A stretch of 63,216 nucleotides of DNA, counting the filler, from Pelomyxa schiedti (lineage: Eukaryota > Protista > Evosea): the NCBI GenBank assembly GCA_020536535.1. It is 12 parts of 12 records of this genome, joined end to end, with 100 filler letters (N's around TTAATTAATTAA, not from the genome) between each part and the next. Parts side by side here need not be neighbours in the genome. Positions count along the whole stretch, not along the records: positions 57,870 to 61,103 come from JAHLWZ010001788.1; positions 61,204 to 63,216 come from JAHLWZ010002178.1; 10 more parts are not named here. The stretch is one strand, 5' to 3'. This document shows positions 57,870 to 63,216 of the stretch, one piece after another. The position numbers were made by a program, and so were the translations under genes. The number at the start of each line of letters is the position of its first letter. Within the stretch, counting starts at the first letter, position 1. The notes under the pieces were generated by a model that saw nothing but the letters and a program-made list of their open reading frames with translations, did not search any database and was not told where the DNA came from.

Positions 57870-60800
57870 GGTACTCCTGCTCTTGCATCCAGGTGAGTGC
57901 CTTATGGTCTGACTTCACCACGCATCCAACTCCATGAATATAGCTTTTAAACTTCTTGAGAGCCCACACCACAGCTGCTGCCTCTAATTCGGTGATGGTG
58001 CCCAGGTTTTTTTCTGATGGTTTGGTGGCCCTGCTTGCGAATTCTATGACTCTCTCCACACCCTTGTTGTCACGCTGTGTCAGAACTGCCCCCATCGCAA
58101 GCTTGCTGGCATCAGTGTGTATCTCCAACCCGAACTTGCTATCATAATCAGGGTATTCCAATAACAGCCTCTTGGCAACTAGCTCTTTTATACGCCTGAA
58201 TGCTCCCTCCCTTTGTTCATTCCAGGCCCAGGGTGTTTCCCTCAGCCCTAGCTCCCTCAGTGGGATGGCTTCAATGGCGAAGTCTGGAATGAATCTCACA
58301 TAGTAGTTTGCCATGTTAACAAAAGTCTCCAGGTCACCTTCCCACCCTTTTGGTGTTGGCCAGTCTGTTATGGCCTTGATCTGGTCTGGATCCATCTGTA
58401 TTCCTCTTTCAGTGACTGTGTGCCCAAGGTAGCTCACGGTTCTATTCAGGAATTTACACTTTGCTGCCCTTGCTCTGAGGTTTGCCCCTCGTCGACACTC
58501 GTACACAAGCCCCAGGTTATGTAGGTGCTCCTCAAAGGTGCGACCCACGACTATGATATCATCAATGTACACACAGCATGCTGTTCCTATTAGCCCATTG
58601 AGGACGCTGTCCATCAGCTTTTGGAATGTCTGAGAGGCATTCTGCATCCCAAATTGCATAACATTAAACGTGAACCCTGTCTTGTGTGTCCTCCTCTGCA
58701 ACTGGGACTTGCCAGAAACCCGCCATGTAGTGTTTGAGGACCGTGGTCCTGCCCAGCTTTGCCCGGTCGTTGGTCAGTACGTCCTGGTACTCGTTCTGGA
58801 GTGCAACGAAGCTGCGCCTCTGCTCCTCATCCACATTTTCCCACGCTATCGCAGCGGATTCCCACTCAGTGTCCACGCCGCTGGTGAGCAGGGTCACATT
58901 GTCCCCTTCCCGTTCCTTCTTCGCCTTCTTCCTCAGCTTCAGCCATACTGGGGGAATTGCGAGTTTCCCCTGTGAAGCCCATCCTTCCTCCCTGGCGAGG
59001 GCAACTGGTTGCCCTTTTCTTATCACAGCTACTCCCCTCCCCACATTCGTTAATGCCAGCATCCCCACCCTCTGTAGGTCCAGGGTAATTCGTGTCTCAG
59101 TGTTGCGCCTTCCTTCCACAGGTGGGATGCATGGTGTGCCCCCTCCTGGCTGTTTCACTACCAGCCCAGTCTCCTCAGCCCATACGGCCCCTCTAGGGAA
59201 AGCAATTAGCTTCACTCCCATGCTCCTCCCTGCGTCTACTGGTCTGACTGATTCCACTGTCAGCACCACCTTTGCTCCTGGGTTCAAGTAGAAGTCTGCA
59301 GTGGCCAGCAGTGCTGATTTGTTCCCTCCTGCTTCTGGATCGATGAAGTTCCCTCGCCATGCACCACACCTTATATAACCTTTGGCCATGTTCAGCTCAG
59401 CTCCCAACCTGCGCAGTAGGTCAATGCCAGCAAGGGCTTGTACTGGGCATCCTTGCATCACCACAAATTCGTGCTTCATCCTCCTACCGCATAGGTGGAT
59501 GTTCAGTTTGGCCTGGCCTGTAGCTGTTGCACGTCCCCCGATGCCAGTGATCCTTCCACACCATGGTTTCCTACTGACATCCTGATGGCTACTTTCGATC
59601 CATCGGAACGTTGTCTCATCCAGTATGGATACTGTGGTGCAGGTATCGAGGGTGAGTGCAACCTTCTTTCCCCCCACTCGTCCTCGGATGGCTGGTAGCC
59701 ATGCACCTTGGTGCCCCTTTGCCCTGCATATTGATCTCACTCCATCCTCGCATGGGCTTTCCCGTCTTGGGTAATGGATACCCCCTCCTTTTGCCCCTTT
59801 TCCTGCCTTATCTAGTACAGTAGTATTCAGAAGACACAATCCATCTTCTGCCCGGGCTACTATACATTGCCCAGGTTGTGCAGTGTGGTGGTGAGGCAAA
59901 TCCTCTTGTGTTTGTTTGTTTTTTGCGGGATAAGGCAGGGGCCATTTTTCATCCCCTGTATGTGTATTATAAGGTGGGAACAATCCTTCCCAAGGGTTAG
60001 GTCTGGCGAACTTCCTTCCAGCCAGGATGTTAGATGACAATTTGTTGTTAGTGGTATTATAGGGCCACATCGTTGTATCTCCAGTGGGTTTTGAGCTCAA
60101 GAAACCCCCGGGTTTGCAATTCACATCAGGTGTGTGTACTTCAGCCTCTCTATCCACAATATCAGCAATAGTGGACCTCCCAACCACGCACTTGGGTGCG
60201 TCTCCTAAATCGAGTGAAAGAATATGTAACCATATGTAACCATTCCATTCTTTTATTATCCATTATTTAATGTTGGTCTGGTTTACTTGGGAGGTATGGT
60301 CGGATTCCGTTTGCCTGACTCATGGCTCTATCATATGCCTCTTGAGCCTCCACTGGGTGATCTGCCACCCATCTAGGGCACTGTAACTTGGGGTGGGTGG
60401 GCCTCTGCTTGCACATGGGGCATGGTTCTGGGCATGACTTCCAGCCGTGCCCTGTTTAGTTGCAACTCCAGCATTGGCCCAGCCGAGGCCCTCTCCCTTG
60501 GAATCTCTGTCTTGGACGTGCATATGTTGTTGTGTCCTGCAAAGGTTGGGCTGGAACCTGCTGGATAATAAATGGTGGTTGATACCCGGGGTTTGTAATC
60601 ACTGGGTATGAGGTAGGCAATGGCAACATTGGGCTGCTGGTACCTCCTGGAACTGGCACTGCATGTGGGATTGGTGCCTGACATTGGGTGATGGTGTGGG
60701 GGAACCCAACCCTTGTGCTCATTGTTGCGGGTGTATATAGTTGGGTCTCACTTGGTGCTGCCATTTGGGGCATGCTGCTGCGTGGGTCCTGGACTTGTGC

Positions 60801-61103
60801 CATCTGGCTTGTTGGGGTTGTCATCATCTGTTGGCTAAGGGATGGGGTATTGCTGGTGGTGAAGCACTGTGCATTGGTGAGAAGTATGCGCTGCTCCTCT
60901 GCCTTGGCCTTCTGCTTGTCCAATTGTTCTGCCAGCCTGTCTTTTATGCCTTCTATTGCCTCCATCTTCTCTCTGATCTCAGTCTCACGCCTTTCCTGTC
61001 CTGTGGTTCGGGGTTTCTTATCCCTGCCTTCTTGTTGGGCTGGTGTCCAGCAGGCGGCACGCTTGCCCCTCTTCTCATACTCCCCATCCTGTTCCTCCTC
61101 TTC
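57870..61103 (-). mobile_element. Decayed Ty3/gypsy LTR retrotransposon (gag-PR-RT-RNase H), truncated at both contig ends
   Basis: Gag knuckle CWSCN*TGHGWKSC, protease LTLDTCTTVS..LAGIDLL, RT AGFWQV / QFGMQNASQTFQ / VYIDDII, and RNase H HTDAS..GAVL / ELEA.AVVWAL / SDHKAL. Order PR-RT-RH. Confidence 0.95.
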
Positions 61104-61203
61104 NNNNNNNNNNNNNNNNNNNNNNNNNNNNNNNNNNNNNNNNNNNNTTAATTAATTAANNNNNNNNNNNNNNNNNNNNNNNNNNNNNNNNNNNNNNNNN
61201 NNN

Positions 61204-62410
61204 AGAAATGTTACTCGAATTTAAGTCGTTGGAGCTCCATATTTGCAGTCCTTGTTCATGTGGAAAATAGGGATACAACTTATCGAGGGTGACAACCGCC
61301 ATAGACGGGGCACCCTTGGTCAGACGTTGCCACAACTGCTCAGCAACAAGCATGGAGGGGAGTGTATTCATCACCTGATCCATTTCGCACACCCGTTGTT
61401 TACAAGGTATATGGGACAGAGGTCTGCTCTTGAATTTGGTCGACGTCACTGTGGAAAAGGTGAGTCACGGCACTTTAAAGAGCGGGAAGAGGTGGTGGGG
61501 GATGAAACACACAAAATTTCCTGTCGGTTTCCACAAAAGAGTCTCCGTGCTTCGTGTACAAGGCAAGCTTAAAATTTCTGTTGTACCTGTTTCCATCCTG
61601 AACTGTCGTGATGTTCACGATCCTGAAGTCCCCGGTTGTGTGATCAGGGACACCAATCAAGGTCTGTCCATTGCGCAATCCAACACGTGGCACCGAAGGC
61701 GGAACGCTCTCAGATCGAACGACCTCAAGCCTCATTGGGAACTTCGGACTGTATGACGCCTTCTTGGGGAGTCCTGGTGCTGAGTCTTTCTTCTGGACGA
61801 AAAGTGGCAACAGGACCCGCTTGATGCCCTCAGGTGATTTCTTTGTGTATGGCTGTTTTGTTGCTGTGTTTGGTGGTGAAGAAGCCAGCGGCTCGGTGGT
61901 TGCGGTTGTGGATGTGGAAACAGATTGTACTGGCCACACCAGCGTATCGTTGCTGCTGTCGTACATGGGGGTCTCTGCCTCTGTATGCTTGCGTTTGCCC
62001 GTGTTTGGTAAGTCTAACTGGAAGTTGGAGTCTTTTGTTAAAGCCAATGACGCCTGGTTGCAATCGTCCATGGATCCATTTTGTCCTGGGGGAGCAATTT
62101 CAGGTGCCAGCAAAAGGCTAGTGGTTCTTTGGCTGGTTGTGGTGGATGTTGTTTCAGGGGCTTTGAGGTCGGCCGAAGAAATCGTCACTCCACTGCCGCA
62201 CATGGAACATCGAAAGACAACCGAGTTTGTGCCAGACAAGAATTTACCAACCGTAACAAAAGTGAACTCGCCTTGTGCGTCTGGTTTCGTTTGGCATTTG
62301 CCACAGGGCAGCCGCACAAACGGTGTGCCTTGGAGACCGAGAGACGAGTTGCTGGCGCTGTTGGTGGTGTCTGATTCGCATGGACCGCAGGCGCAAACGG
62401 AGTCATCCAT
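61204..62410 (-). CDS. Uncharacterised protein with N-terminal CxxC..CxxC zinc ribbon, S/T-rich linker and beta-rich domain; probably spliced and 3'-partial
   Basis: 311-aa ORF from ATG 62410 (PCGKC...RCSMCG). A downstream frame FSTVTSTKFKSR... stays open to the contig end. Confidence 0.7.
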
Positions 62411-63216
62411 CTTTTAGAGTAGCCCTCTTAAACCCAACTCAAAAAAAAACGCAACTCGGAATTTTACACCAACTCGGTATCACGGGTTTCGTGTAAGCCG
62501 ATGGTTTATTCCCGCAGACAATCGAACACGAGCAAAAAAAAACCATGTTGTTCTGTTTCAAAAAAAGTGTGCAGTGTGCTTTGGCCACCAGGTTTAGTTG
62601 TGGGAGTGTGTCGGGGTTGTTGGGTTGTGTGGCTGAATCGTCCTGTGGATGATGATTGTGAGGCGTTTTTCGGGGGGGGGCGGCAGGGCTGTACGAAGGC
62701 GATGACGGCGAGTAGTTCTCCGTTCCCTTGTGCCCTTTTCTCCTGTTTAGATGAGTGAAACAGATTTCGTTCCAGCCAAAGAAGCTCCCATACACTCAAA
62801 TCAAGGCAACAACTGGCTCTTTTCCGACTGATTACTAGGCACAAGAACCGCTCATTTCCATCCCTTTGTCTGATGTATGATCGCCCTTCCCAGTAGCACA
62901 TTCACAACCTCTTGAGTCATTCCACTTTCGGGTGTCAGTATTGTGTTCACACGTTTCTGAGTGCCATCACACTGTGATGATTTTGAAGCAACAAAAATTC
63001 ACATTTTTGACTGCGAAAATTCCCCTTTCTAAGAAACAAGAAGTTGTAAAATTGAGTAGGACTCCAAGGCATAAATGCAACAGGGATGGTGACTAGTTTT
63101 ATTTCTCTGGGTGCTCAAAATGACTTTAAAGACCAAAAGGCTTAGCGGCAATGACTGTGCGTGAAACTGCATCCATTTGATGCCTTCCCTTAAGTGAGAG
63201 CTTTCTGCCACTAGTG

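Noticed and set aside
13318-61203. Recurring TTAATTAATTAA palindrome as a biological motif
   Set aside because: Always centred in N44 flanks, so it is an artificial contig linker. Gene neighbourhoods across linkers are meaningless.
62685-62720. RNA polymerase II CTD (YSPSSPSYSP, minus strand)
   Set aside because: Fewer than two heptads, in a stop-interrupted region with no RPB1 sequence.

Overview
Eukaryotic, intron-rich genomic DNA, not prokaryotic. The window is a concatenation of 12 unrelated contigs or scaffolds joined by artificial 100-nt linkers (N44-TTAATTAATTAA-N44, with stops in all six frames). Four further plain 100-N scaffold gaps are present. Short GT-AG introns (about 40-100 nt) and the lineage-expanded protein families suggest an amoebozoan protist, possibly Pelomyxa/Archamoebae; this is pattern recognition, not verified. 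Recognisable genes are a tubby-like protein, U2A' (SNRPA1), TBCK, dynactin p62 (DCTN4), a TRIM/RBCC protein, a UBA-RING ligase, a secreted alpha/beta-hydrolase, VIT/TPR/DUF2135(YfaP)-type fragments, ankyrin-like family members and tRNA-Glu(TTC). Repeats and mobile DNA are a decayed Ty3/gypsy element, a separate PPT+LTR end, an 835-bp TIR element (MITE-like) with a second partial copy, and several micro/minisatellites. The most unusual signals are (i) a head-to-tail pair of tRNA-like sequences ending 4 nt from the MITE TIR, (ii) a palindromic repeat that shares 14 nt with the U2 snRNA 5' end, interspersed with unrelated spacers, (iii) a shared N-terminal module fused to different C-terminal domains, (iv) two divergent paralogs of an unrecognised helical family, and (v) an intron-containing bacterial-type VIT-TPR-DUF2135 gene in tandem. 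No CRISPR/Cas, Fanzor or other recognisable defence system was found.
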